Source of the DNA: an uncultured Candidatus Binatia bacterium
GTDB lineage: Bacteria; Desulfobacterota; Binatia; UBA9968; CAXXLF01
Length of the DNA stretch: 64,000 bases
NCBI GenBank assembly: GCA_965218425.1
Contig: OZ244621.1
Coordinates: 1,280,001-1,344,000 of the forward strand
Reading direction: 5' to 3'
Numbering within the stretch: the stretch's first letter is position 1; every line of letters begins with the position of its first letter. Of this stretch, positions 33,327 through 44,286 are shown piece after piece. Position numbers and translations under genes: made by a program. The notes under the pieces are model-generated. The model worked only from the letters and a program-made list of their open reading frames with translations, did not search any database and was not told where the DNA came from.

Positions 33327-34517
33327 CTAGCGGGTTTTAACCACACCCTGCTGGTTCAGTTTCTTCACGGTAGCCATAGTGTAACCTAGTTCCGAGAGAA
33401 TGGCCTGGGTATGCTCGCCTAACAGCGGTGGTGGACTTGCCGATCCCTTGGGTAGATCAGAAAAGTTGACTGGAGATCCCACAAATTTATATGTTCCCGC
33501 CTTGGGATGTTTCACCTCGTGGAGCAACCCTAAATGGATTACCTGCGGATCGGTCAGGACCTCCGCCATATTATAGAGCGGTCCCGCCGGCACGTCGTTT
33601 TGTTCCAACCTTTCAAGCCATGCTTTCCTCGTTCGAGTGGCAAAGACCAAAGACAATTCTGTATGGAGCTCTTCATAATTTTTCCGGCGGCCGTCCCGGG
33701 TTCTGAACCTCTGGTCCTGCCCAAGTTCTCTCCGACCCACAGCCTTCAAAAGACCTAGCCAAAATTTCTCTGGAACCGAGCAGTGAATCACTAAAGGTAG
33801 CTTGTCCTTGGTCAGGAAGGCAAAAGCCTGAGCGTTTCTCACCCGTGCCGTGCGGTCGGGTATTTTACCCGATTTCAAATAACCTGCGGCGGACTCCCCG
33901 ATAAACGAGAGGGTGGCCCGCAGAAGTGAAGTCTCCACCCTTGTGCCAGAGCCCGTCCTAGATCGATTTAGCAGCGCTCCCAGGATTCCGTATCCGGCTG
34001 ACAGACCTGTGACATAGTCCGACAGGGCAATTCCCATCACCTTGGGCTGATTTAAATCTGTCAGCATGCTCAAAAGGCCAGCCATGGACTGACCCAAGGT
34101 GTCAAATCCGGGTTTATCTACATAAGGACCTGTTTGCCCGAAGGCAGAAATAGAGCAATAAACCAGCTTGGGGTTAATAGCTTTTAGGGCCTCATAACCC
34201 AGGCCAAGCCGATGGGCTGTCTCTGGACGAAAATTCTCTACGAAGACATCGGCCTGTTTAATTAACTTGGTTGTGATCTCTTTGCCGTTCTTTGTTTTGA
34301 GATCCAGGGCTAGACTCTCTTTGTTACAGTTCAAATGGGCGAAGTTAGGGCTAAAAAATGGGTCCGGTGCAAAATAACGGTAAGGGTCTCCCTCCCCAGG
34401 GGACTCAATTTTAATCACACGGGAACCAAGATCTCCTAGGAGACGGGTCGCGTAGGGACCCGTAACGAAGGTAGAGCATTCAACCACGGTAATTCCTTCG
34501 AGGACACCAGCTTGCAT
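33327..34517 (-). CDS. CaiB/BaiF family III CoA-transferase
   Basis: GPYATRLLGDLGSRVIKIE, ADVFVENFRP, PGFD, PPLLGEHT. Confidence 0.93.
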   Translation of the reverse strand: MQAGVLEGITVVECSTFVTGPYATRLLGDLGSRVIKIESPGEGDPYRYFAPDPFFSPNFAHLNCNKESLALDLKTKNGKEITTKLIKQADVFVENFRPETAHRLGLGYEALKAINPKLVYCSISAFGQTGPYVDKPGFDTLGQSMAGLLSMLTDLNQPKVMGIALSDYVTGLSAGYGILGALLNRSRTGSGTRVETSLLRATLSFIGESAAGYLKSGKIPDRTARVRNAQAFAFLTKDKLPLVIHCSVPEKFWLGLLKAVGRRELGQDQRFRTRDGRRKNYEELHTELSLVFATRTRKAWLERLEQNDVPAGPLYNMAEVLTDPQVIHLGLLHEVKHPKAGTYKFVGSPVNFSDLPKGSASPPPLLGEHTQAILSELGYTMATVKKLNQQGVVKTR

Positions 34518-34821
34518 TAGATGTTCCTATAGATAAGCGGCGTTTCCTTTGTGACGAGAGGAGAATAGCAAGGTGGCTCTAACCCCGATCCGAATAGGGT
34601 TTTACCCTTGGAAATTTTCCCGGAGGTGAATCATAATCCCCGGCCATTTAACCTTGCAGCCATGGTTCAAAAGCTCCCCCTAGGAACCCCTCCACACAAG
34701 AGTTCTCGGATCGGGGCCAACACTTGCCCCCCCAATTACAAATCTAGACTGTCCTCCGAGAACAGCTCCATTGATTGGGTTGGATATTGGAGTGCGAACC
34801 CGGAAATATTTAGCCGGAAAG

Positions 34822-35775
34822 CTATAGTGAAACCTCTTTACCTAAGCCGGCGTCCTTTGCCCGCGCTAAAACTCTTTTAGCCAAGGCTAAATCTCCCCAC
34901 CCCCCTTGGGAATCCCTGAACACCATCACCTCATCATCGCTTCCCCTCCCCACCCGACCACACACAACATCACCCAACTGCCGAACCCCATCCCAAAAAC
35001 CCTTGTCCTCCTTGAGTCCCAGCAAAGGGTTGGTAAACCCGCCGGTTAGGTCCAGGTTCAATTCCTGTTTTTTATCACCCACTACGGTCAGATTTGCACG
35101 TCCATACACGGCGGGGTCCATCTCACAGGGCCGCCCCATGCTGGCGATCAGCAACCCGTCCGCAATGCCGGCAGGTTCAAATACCGGAACTTTTGAATCC
35201 GTCGCCACGAGCAGAATGTGGCTCTCTTTAATAACCTCGGCTGGGCTAGACGACGGCGTCACATCAACGTCCAACATGCCGGCCGCTTTCTCCGCAAAAC
35301 TCTCCCTGTGACCAGGACCCCGGCTGTAAACTTTTATCCGTTTCACGTGGCGAGCGCACATGACACCTCTAAGCAAGTCCATGGCGCTGCGACCCGTGCC
35401 AATGATGGCTACGTTTTCCGCGTCCTTGCGGGCTAGATACTTGGTTGCCACACCAAATGTGGCACCGGTTCGCATTGAACCATAAGAATAAGACATCACG
35501 GTCAGGAGATCCCCGCTCTCAGAATCACAAAGGACAGCGATGGTCGTCCCTCTTTTGAAACCAGAGGCTTTCCCCAGCCGGTAACCAATGAGTTGACTTC
35601 CAAGCAGAGCCCCCTGAACGACTCTCATGGACCTGTTCTCCAAAATAAGCCTGACCGGGGCATGGGACAATACCTTTCCCTCCCCCTGTTCTTTAAAGGC
35701 GGCCTCTGTGGCTTCAATGGCCTCATTCATGTCTAGCAGCCTTTCAACTTCGTGCCGTTCAAGAAGTAGTGTCAT
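34822..35775 (-). CDS. Ornithine cyclodeaminase/mu-crystallin family protein
   Basis: MRTGA, YLARKDA, IIGTG, FRDSQG...DLA. Confidence 0.88.
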   Translation of the reverse strand: MTLLLERHEVERLLDMNEAIEATEAAFKEQGEGKVLSHAPVRLILENRSMRVVQGALLGSQLIGYRLGKASGFKRGTTIAVLCDSESGDLLTVMSYSYGSMRTGATFGVATKYLARKDAENVAIIGTGRSAMDLLRGVMCARHVKRIKVYSRGPGHRESFAEKAAGMLDVDVTPSSSPAEVIKESHILLVATDSKVPVFEPAGIADGLLIASMGRPCEMDPAVYGRANLTVVGDKKQELNLDLTGGFTNPLLGLKEDKGFWDGVRQLGDVVCGRVGRGSDDEVMVFRDSQGGWGDLALAKRVLARAKDAGLGKEVSL

Positions 35776-35802
35776 AGCGGATTTTTACTCGCTACCTCCG
35801 TG

Positions 35803-36972
35803 CTATCTTGATCGCGTTTTTCTCATGGTGTCTCGAATCAATGCTCGAATGGGTTTGAAATCCATCCAATCAGGCCGGTTAATGAAAATGTATTCCCTGT
35901 CTTCCCTTCTTTTTGCCATGTCAGGGACAATACCAGGAGGAAGGTCCTCCCGCAGTGAAGTTTTCAGATCATTGGATGGGTTGGCCCGTCTGAAAGCCGT
36001 TTGCCCCTCACGTGATAAGTACCAGTTGGCGAACACTCTAGCCGCGTTAGGATGAGGCGCAAGGGTCGGTAAAGAGAGGGCTCCATTGGCCGCGCCAATT
36101 CCAGGTTTTTCCTTTAGATCATAAGGATCGATTCGAGTGACGGGGAGACCCTGCTCCCGGGCCAGCTGCTCCCCCCGACACAGAATGCAAATAGCGAATC
36201 GGCCTCTAGCCAGCCGATCGGTTGCCTGCTCGAAATTACGGAAAAATGAAGCATCCATTTCTGAGTATACCTTCTCTATAAACTTAGGTCCGACCTCAGG
36301 ATGGTAATACATAAAAATAAGTGCCGTTGAGCCCCTTTGGCCAGTTCCTACAATATCGAGAGCTTCAAACTTGCCCTTCCATTTCGGGTTAAAAATATCC
36401 CACACAGACCTAATCTCACCCGGCTTTACCAGTTTTGTGTTGTAAGCGATTGGCGGGCCGTAAAGCGACCCCTCGTACATAAATATAAACTCACTTTCCG
36501 GGTCTACATAGCGGTGTTTATCTTGCCACCATCTTGATGGGTCTGTCACCTCTGGAAGGATCAATGCTGAAGAAACTGGCCGCAGTATTTTAGCCTGATA
36601 GAAGGTCCCGTAGATGGCCGTCGGTGCTGCGAGAAAAACATCCGCCAAGTGTTTGCCCGCTCTGCGTTCCGCAAAAATCAATGATATCAGTCGTGCCGAA
36701 CCACGTCCCGGCATCACCCCCCTAATTTTGATCTTAGGGTACTTTTCCTGAAAGGCCTTCCACACAACTCGGAGATCACCCACGGAAGTAGAAGCGTAGA
36801 CTCTTACCTCTCCTTCCTCCTGCGCAGCTTTCACTGTCTTCTCCCACTCCGTCTGCCAATTCGCATTCCCCTCCACGACCTGCAAACCAAGGGCTACGAG
36901 CACCACAATTGCGAAAATTCCAATCTGTCGCAGTCTTCCTTCCATAGAAGTCTCACCAAGGTTTTGAGCCAT
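35803..36972 (-). CDS. ABC transporter extracellular solute-binding protein (Fe3+/polyamine-like family)
   Basis: Signal peptide, AAQEEGEV, YNTKLV, PKWKGK, APHPNAA. Confidence 0.85.
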   Translation of the reverse strand: MAQNLGETSMEGRLRQIGIFAIVVLVALGLQVVEGNANWQTEWEKTVKAAQEEGEVRVYASTSVGDLRVVWKAFQEKYPKIKIRGVMPGRGSARLISLIFAERRAGKHLADVFLAAPTAIYGTFYQAKILRPVSSALILPEVTDPSRWWQDKHRYVDPESEFIFMYEGSLYGPPIAYNTKLVKPGEIRSVWDIFNPKWKGKFEALDIVGTGQRGSTALIFMYYHPEVGPKFIEKVYSEMDASFFRNFEQATDRLARGRFAICILCRGEQLAREQGLPVTRIDPYDLKEKPGIGAANGALSLPTLAPHPNAARVFANWYLSREGQTAFRRANPSNDLKTSLREDLPPGIVPDMAKRREDREYIFINRPDWMDFKPIRALIRDTMRKTRSR

Positions 36973-37006
36973 GATCCGTCCTTTTTTCTCCGCAATCACT
37001 ATCTGA

Positions 37007-37441
37007 CTATTGGATCTGAATTACATCCATGGACCGTTTCCCGAGTCTTCTTGGGCCCCGAGCAGTCGCTGCCATAACGTCAATGGACTTTTCCACCAGC
37101 TCCACCGCCTTTGCGAGGACGTGGATTTCTTCCTGGCTTTTGACGTACCCGGCTTTCTCCAACAGGTCCGTACCGTCTACGTCGGAATCAAACAGCACCG
37201 CCGCGTGCCCCTCACCGGCCAACTGCTCGGCAGAACCTACCCGGATTCCCATTCGTTGAGATTGGACCAAGGCTCCGCTGACGATGCGCAGTAGTGCCCC
37301 TCTGGGCACAGGGATATGTCGGGGCGGGAGGCCAACGACGCCACCAGCGGACTGTTCACGGAAGGCCTCCGGGGTGAGTGTCATGGCCTGCTCGAGGTTG
37401 AGCAGTGACTCCACCCCAGCCTTAGATATCAACAGAGTCAT
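37007..37441 (-). pseudogene. Chimeric remnant: ornithine cyclodeaminase N-terminus fused to an M24-family internal fragment
   Basis: Residues 1-87 resemble the start of 34822..35775; VDGTDLLEKAGYVKSQEEI resembles EDATDIVGFVRYVKSDEEI of 43051..44271. Confidence 0.75.
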
Positions 37442-37459
37442 CCTGGCCCAACAAGGCCA

Positions 37460-38656
37460 CTACGCTGAAACGAGGAGTTCTACCTTTCGATCTCCAAGCT
37501 CACGATGGCCGTTTTCCGTAACCACCAGCGATGTTCCGCCCAGCAAGGTGCCTTCACCGCCTTTGCCCACCAAGGTAGGTGAGATGCTGTAAATCATCCC
37601 TTTGACAAGGGTAAAATTCCCGGCACTGCCCAACCCGGCCTTTGGACCATCATCAGTGATCCTATATTCCGCGCCGGGAAACTCGGGGACATCGATCCCG
37701 TACTGGTGTATCTGTGAATGGACCGATGATTTGAAACCGGTTCCTTCGCACGCCTTGCGGTATGCCTCGATCAAATCCCGCTGCGTGGCTCCCTGTTTCA
37801 CCTTATCGAGCACTTCCCCTCTCACCTTTAAAATGGATTTGAACATCTCTTGGTAAACCGGCTTGGGATCGCCAAAGGCGATTTCCTGATCGCTGTGTCC
37901 GCCATAGCCGCCGTAATGAGCATGGGCTGTCAAGGTTCCGACATCCCCTTCCTGAATCTTGCGCGTCATGCACAGCCCTCCAAGGATCGGGTTCTGCGCT
38001 GGGACCGGTCCAAAGTTAAATCCAACGGTGGATTCCATGTCGCCGCCCGCATCCCACATCCCCTTGATGGCTTCCTGCACGACCTCCTTACCAAGCATGC
38101 CAGGGCGTGCCATCTCATGGACCCTCTTAACACCCGCATCGAAGACCCGGTTGGCAAAATCGATCATGGCGATCTCTTCCTCGCTCTTGATGGTCCTGAT
38201 ATTGGCGAAGATCGCGGATACGTCCACAAACTTGGCCGACTCGAGGCCCGATTGCAGCTCGGCATAAAACCCGTGGCTCAGGCCGCCCGCGGTGGACTTC
38301 GTTTCGGTAACCCCGATGGTTCCCTTATCCAGCCCCATTTTTTTAATTCGCTCGATGAAAGGAACGGCCCCATTTTCCGACTGCAAATCCTTGACCCAAT
38401 CCTGGGAATCCGCCAGCACCTGAGCTGAGAGGTCAGCCAAGTGCCGACGGTGGATTAAAACCAGAAACGTCGCCTCTTCCTCCGTCGGGAAGAGTCCGTA
38501 CCTCTCACCCGTTAGCCCATTGGTGAGATAAAAAAGATTGCTGTCCTTCACAATGACGCAATCCACCCCTTTTTCCTTTAACTTCGCTCTAACCGCAGCA
38601 TACCTGCGATCCCGCTCTTTCAGTGAAAGTTTTGGACCTTGATTGCTCTGAGCCAT
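37460..38656 (-). CDS. M24/creatinase-fold protein with non-canonical active site
   Basis: Creatinase-like N-domain, RTIKSEEEI, LVVTENG. Confidence 0.85.
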   Translation of the reverse strand: MAQSNQGPKLSLKERDRRYAAVRAKLKEKGVDCVIVKDSNLFYLTNGLTGERYGLFPTEEEATFLVLIHRRHLADLSAQVLADSQDWVKDLQSENGAVPFIERIKKMGLDKGTIGVTETKSTAGGLSHGFYAELQSGLESAKFVDVSAIFANIRTIKSEEEIAMIDFANRVFDAGVKRVHEMARPGMLGKEVVQEAIKGMWDAGGDMESTVGFNFGPVPAQNPILGGLCMTRKIQEGDVGTLTAHAHYGGYGGHSDQEIAFGDPKPVYQEMFKSILKVRGEVLDKVKQGATQRDLIEAYRKACEGTGFKSSVHSQIHQYGIDVPEFPGAEYRITDDGPKAGLGSAGNFTLVKGMIYSISPTLVGKGGEGTLLGGTSLVVTENGHRELGDRKVELLVSA

Positions 38657-38757
38657 GATAGATTCTCCTTTCTGAATTAAGACTCTTCATCCGCTAATTA
38701 ACGGACCCGATACCCGGTCCCATTTTCAACCCTTTGAGCCCCATAGCAAATTTCTCA

Positions 38758-40501
38758 TCAGAAGCCCAACGCAAGCCTCCTTCTCCCAAAAGTGAAATAG
38801 AGAATTAGGAGGGGTGACATCAATAGAATGAGCAACACCGAGATGGAGGCCGCTTGGGTCAGTGAGCCGCCGCTCCAAACACCCCATACAAATACCGGCA
38901 GTGTGATATTTCTCTGCGACACGAGCAGTGCGGCCACCGTCAGCTCCCGATAGGTGAGCAGCGCCATCCAGAGCCAGGAGTATAGAAATGCCGGGGCCAG
39001 TAATGGGAATAGGATCTTCCTAACCACCGTAACCGCCTTTAAACCGAATACGTACCCGGCCTCATCAAGCTCACGATGGATCTGTATTAGGGCGCTATTG
39101 TAAACTCTTGTGGCAAAGCTCATCCGTTCGATCACGTAGACGGCGATGAGTATGAAAATTGTTCCGTAGAAGGGGATAAAAGTTGGCAACCAAAATAGCG
39201 CAAATATCAATGCCCCGACCGCGAAGACAATCCCGGGGACCGCATGGGGAAGGAAGGCAAGGATATCAAAGAATCCCGACATCTTTGATCCAGAGCGGAT
39301 GACGACCCAAGAGATGGCGATCCCGATGACCGCCGTGAAGGTAGGAACCAATGCAACCAGAATCATACTGTTCGTGGCCGCCGACCAAAATCCCTCCCAC
39401 GGGATGTTGCGAAAGTTATCCAATGAGACACGGGCCGCAGCCTCCATTGAGAAAGGCTCAAAAAACGGTATCAAGGAGGACCAATCCGGGAAGAACCAAG
39501 CTCAAAAGCACTTTGAGCCCGATAAAAGACCACCCAAGGATCCACCACCGTCCCAACTCAATGGGCTTCGGCCGGTACCCCTGGCCCCTAACCACCTGGT
39601 AGCGGTGAGATCGTTTAACGACTCGCAGATACCACCAGGACAACAAGAGGGCTACTGCGATCATTATGGCACTCGAGGCGGCGGCAATCCCATAGTTCGG
39701 CAGGGCTTCCTGGGGATTGGTCTGGTTAAAGACAAAGGTGCTGAAGGTAAATATTCGGTTGGACATGCCAATGACAGCGGGGACATCGAAGGCAGCCAGA
39801 CCAATGGTAAAAGTGTAAATGCCAGTGGCCAAGATACTGGGCCACACCAGGGGAAGCGTGATGATTCTGAGCCGGCGCAGAGTTTTTAAACCGTGGATCT
39901 GAGCGCTCTCTTCTAGAGCCGGATCCAGGGCACGAAACGAGCTTGCAACCATCACAAAGGCCAGCGAGGAAATGCCCAATCCCTGGACAAAACCCATCCC
40001 CACAACACTAGCGACGTTGAATGGAGATTGCTCGATGGGAAGCACCGATACGAGCCAGGTATTGACCATGCCAATGCGGGGATGCAATAGAAACAACCAC
40101 CCCATGGCCGTGAAAAAACCGGGGATGAGTACTCCTATGGTCATCAGCGGATACACGGCTCCTCGAGCGGGGAGGTCCGTCCGCTCGGCAAGCCACGCCG
40201 TGGGAACGGCAAAGATAAGCGCCGTAACAACAGTCGTAGCCGCAAACCCCAACGTGTTAAGCAAACTCTTGTAGGCGAAGGGGTCCCCATAGAGATCAAG
40301 GAAGTTCTGAAAGGTATAGACGTCTCCCCTATCCTCGACGCGAAAGGCAATATCCACGGTCACGAGGAGAAGGACCACGACGGCGGTGAGCAAGATGGCG
40401 CCTAGCGCGATTAATGAGCCCCGTCCCGCCCACAAGGCCGGTTTAGGCCGAGGCCAGCGGACAGAGTCGCTCAAAACTCCACTGGACGAGGGTTCGCCCA
40501 T
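38758..40501 (-). pseudogene. ABC transporter permease (two TM domains), frameshifted at ~39474-39484
   Basis: Two EAA loops (LEESAQIHG, LDEAGYVFG) in consecutive ORFs of different frame. Confidence 0.8.
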
Positions 40502-41584
40502 CTATTGACCCTTCAGGATCTTCTGGTACTTCCTTCGCATTCCTGAAATTTTCTTTTGATTGGCAAGCACCTCTTTCACGCCAAAGACCCTCGGCTCAAT
40601 GCCCCTTTTTTGCAAACCGCGCACCAACCGAGAGGTGTTTGTACCCTAGAGCATGTGCATGTCATAACCTTCGCCCTCCCACAGGATTTTCTGGGCCACC
40701 TTGGTGGTCATAAAGACAGTAAACAATTTAGCCATATTGGGATGGGCCGATCCCTTGGGCACACCCAAGTAGAAGTAACTGACAAGCGGGACGTCTTCCA
40801 GGATCGTATGTTCAATGGGCGCTCCCTTGGCTTTGAGCAGCTCAATGGCGCCACCGCCGCAGGTAAGAGCCAGCAGGTTAAATTCGCCGCTAATGATTCG
40901 CTCATCCTCACCACACCGGATCAGCCCAGCAAGATTTTCACGGCTTAGATTCTTGAGAAAATTGGTAACCCGTTCATCGCCAAGGATCATGGCAGCCCGG
41001 TCAAAGCTCGCAGCATAGGGAGTGGAAGCGATCTTGCCCTTCCACCTGGGGTTGAGCAGGTCTTCGAGCTTGCGGGGCACTTGATCTTTTGGAACCAGTT
41101 TCGTGTTATAGGTGACCCCGGGCATCCGGCTCGCAATCACTACCGCGACATTACCGGGGGCCAAAGCCTCTGCGGGGATGGTTGGTGCAAATTCCTTCCA
41201 ATTGGGCGTGTCCAGAGCCTTGCTCTTTAAAATTCTCGACACATGACTTTCACTCCCAATGTAAATATCCGTAGTGGGAGTTCGGCCCGCCTTATGCTCC
41301 TTGGCAAGCCGGGAGGCCATGCGCGGCATGGAAGGGCCTCGGGTGAATTTGAGGTCTACCTTGATGCCGTACATGGCGTTTAGAGCCTTTTCCCATTTTG
41401 CCCAGGCTTTTGCATCATCAATGCCGCTCCCCAACATGTTCAGTTGACCTTCCGCAGCAGCCGCTTTGATGAGTTTCTTCATGGCAGGAGTCCTATCGGT
41501 CTCAGCCCCCACCATCTGCAACGGCAGATGCAATAAGACGATCCCCAATAGAAGCGCCACTGCGCTGATATATAGCTTATTCAT
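40502..41584 (-). pseudogene. ABC solute-binding protein interrupted by an in-frame TAG (40648-40646)
   Basis: Paralog of 35803..36972; the frame stays open 47 codons past the TAG to a stop abutting the permease ATG (TAGATG). Confidence 0.7.
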
Positions 41585-41659
41585 TTTTCCACCCCCTTAA
41601 TTTTTTAACTCACTTCTTGAACTAAACTGCTCAATCATTTGGGTTTTAGATTTTTGCTG

Positions 41660-42733
41660 TCAGGTATTCGGAAAGACCATCATCTCCTCGCGTGGGAATT
41701 GGATATAGTAGTCTTTTTGTTCGGGAGATAAATTTTCCGTTCTCATTTTTTTTATCATGAATACCTCAGAATCCACGCGAACCTTGAATTGTTGATGATC
41801 GCCAAGGAAGGTCCTTTCCACCAGCTTGCCCGGAAACTCGTTGAGCCCTTTCAGTGGATTATTAGTCAGTCTCAAGCCTTCCGGTCGGATCCCAATACGC
41901 ACAGCGCCCATTTCATTGGTGGTATTGGCATGAATGACGCCGATGCTGGTCGTAATCTGACCTTTCTCCCGAACCTCGCCTCCCAACCAGTTAATGGAAC
42001 CAAAGAACTCGGCCACTCTGGGATTGGCCGGGTTGTCGTACAACGTGGATGGGGAGCCAATTTGAATAATTTGCCCACTATCCATGACCGCGATACGATC
42101 CGCCAAGGCCATGGCCTCGCTTTGATCATGAGTCACGTAAAGAACAGCTACTCCCACCTTTTTCGCGACGGCTCTGATTTCAGAACGTACCTCCTCCCGC
42201 AAACGCGCGTCCAGGTTACTCAAGGGCTCATCCATCAGAAGCGCCGCGGGCTCCACGGCTAAGGCCCGTGCTAGGGCCACCCTCTGCTGCTGGCCTCCGC
42301 TGAGTAGGGGGACAGGCCTTTCCTCCAATCCCTCCAGTTGAACCTGCACCAAAGCGTTCCTAACCCTCTCCTTGACCACATGATTAGGAAACTTCCTTGC
42401 ACCATGGGTAAGGGGGAGAGCCACGTTCTCAAAAACGTTCATGTGGGGCCACACCGCATAGGATTGAAAAACCATTCCGAGTCCCCGTTCTTCCGGAGGT
42501 ACAAATACTCCTTGAGCGCCGGAATACATGAGCTTTGTTCCCAGGAGGATTTCCCCGCCATCGGGTCGTTCCAGACCCGCAACGCAACGTAGAAGGGTCG
42601 TCTTTCCCGATCCACTTGGTCCTAAAAGGACAAAGAACTCTTCCCGGTCCATTTGAAGACGGACCCCTCTCAAAGCCGCAACTCCGCCCTCTGCCACATG
42701 GAATACCTTCTCTAGTTGATGAACAGCGATCAC
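41660..42733 (-). CDS. ABC transporter ATP-binding protein (PotA/FbpC-like)
   Basis: GPSGSGKT, LSGGQQQR, LLMDEP, VTHD. Confidence 0.95.
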   Translation of the reverse strand: MIAVHQLEKVFHVAEGGVAALRGVRLQMDREEFFVLLGPSGSGKTTLLRCVAGLERPDGGEILLGTKLMYSGAQGVFVPPEERGLGMVFQSYAVWPHMNVFENVALPLTHGARKFPNHVVKERVRNALVQVQLEGLEERPVPLLSGGQQQRVALARALAVEPAALLMDEPLSNLDARLREEVRSEIRAVAKKVGVAVLYVTHDQSEAMALADRIAVMDSGQIIQIGSPSTLYDNPANPRVAEFFGSINWLGGEVREKGQITTSIGVIHANTTNEMGAVRIGIRPEGLRLTNNPLKGLNEFPGKLVERTFLGDHQQFKVRVDSEVFMIKKMRTENLSPEQKDYYIQFPREEMMVFPNT

Positions 42734-43050
42734 AGCCGGTCCACGCGTTCAAGTTTCAGGACATCGCCTAATGTAAAAAATAAAGAAAGCATGCCCTCCT
42801 CCAGGCTTCTATATTTTTTGGCTCCTACTTGTCAATGACACTTACCCGGAAACCGATGGGTAGGGGAGCGGGACTACAGGGCAATATAAACAAACGTTAT
42901 TATATGGAGGGCAAGGAACGAACCGACACTTGGAAACGCAATTACGAATCAACGGTCCCATCGCTGTGAGCCGAACTCAAGGGATTCCAAGCCACTCATC
43001 CGTGATCCACGCACGAGCCCTGAGGCCCACATCGACATCTGGCCACAGTG

Positions 43051-44271
43051 TCAGGTAATGGAAATCATGCCATAAGAACGTTTAAATAGACGTTCCCCGC
43101 CATTCTCTGTCACTACAACATCGCCTCCCCACACGAATTGATTCTTCTCATCGGCACTCATAGCGTAGGGTTTCCACACAAAAGCGTTGCCCTTTTCAAT
43201 GCGCACGTCTCGTATGGACTCCCCCTTAGAGCGTGGAGAAATCAAAGGACCGTCATCGCCGTATCCCCGGCCGTGCATCAGTGTCAAGGTTTTCATGCCA
43301 CCCTTTTGGCCGAATCCATTGACAAAATCAATCAGTTCACCAAAGGAGGTCCCCGGCCTCATTATTTTCAGGCCGGCTTCAAACACTTCCCGCTGAAGCT
43401 CTATGACAGGCTTCCATGCATCCGGAATGGGACCCAACACAATCGGCTGGTCCTCCTGTGACACCTGCGCTCCCCAAACCGCACTCACCTCATTGGTCAA
43501 AAGGTCATTTTGCTGCAGCCGCTGGCCGATGGGTGGATTGGTCTGACGCGGGGGATCCGGTCCCCCGATGGGACCGATGTTCATGGCAAGCGGGTAGTAT
43601 TCGCTGCCAAGCTCCAACATACGTCCCATCACCCGCGCATAGAGGTCTGCCGCGTCGGTCCCGGGCCGGGCGGCTTGCGCCATCTCATGGATTCCCGCCT
43701 CGGCGATTTCCGCCGCGCGCCGCAGGTGCTCGATTTCCTCGTCGCTCTTGACGTAGCGGACAAAGCCCACGATGTCCGTGGCGTCCTCGAATTTTGCATT
43801 TGGCAGGCGTCTAACAACCTCGGCGAACGCCGTGTGATTCACCACTCCATCTATGGAACGGACATGGCTAACCCGTCCACCCCTTAAGCCCACGACACCG
43901 ATTCGGCCATGATTCATTCCCGATTCGAGCAACGCTTGAGCCATTGGGTCAGTCCATTCCCTGCTGGTCTGCCAGGGATCGGGAGCCCAGGTGTTGCTCG
44001 AGGACCGATCGGCTATGATAATCGGCGTCCTGCCATTCGTGGGAAGAACCATGGCCGAGCATCTGAGCTGCGTGAGGTAGCGGCCATCAATACCGTTACC
44101 TAAAGGTACGAACACGCAGTCCAAGCCAGCCTTCGCGGCGTTCTCACTTACTGCTTTCCAGCGCCGGTCTCGCTCGGCCAGGGAATACTCGGCCCAAATG
44201 GGAACATTGGCTCCCGCACTTGCTGGTGGTTTTGGCGGCACGTGAAATCCCCCTTGACGGTTTTTGACCAA
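43051..44271 (-). CDS. M24/creatinase-fold protein, non-canonical
   Basis: RYVKSDEEI, HGRGYG, VVVTENG. Confidence 0.85.
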   Translation of the reverse strand: MVKNRQGGFHVPPKPPASAGANVPIWAEYSLAERDRRWKAVSENAAKAGLDCVFVPLGNGIDGRYLTQLRCSAMVLPTNGRTPIIIADRSSSNTWAPDPWQTSREWTDPMAQALLESGMNHGRIGVVGLRGGRVSHVRSIDGVVNHTAFAEVVRRLPNAKFEDATDIVGFVRYVKSDEEIEHLRRAAEIAEAGIHEMAQAARPGTDAADLYARVMGRMLELGSEYYPLAMNIGPIGGPDPPRQTNPPIGQRLQQNDLLTNEVSAVWGAQVSQEDQPIVLGPIPDAWKPVIELQREVFEAGLKIMRPGTSFGELIDFVNGFGQKGGMKTLTLMHGRGYGDDGPLISPRSKGESIRDVRIEKGNAFVWKPYAMSADEKNQFVWGGDVVVTENGGERLFKRSYGMISIT

Positions 44272-44286
44272 CTCGACGATACCTTT

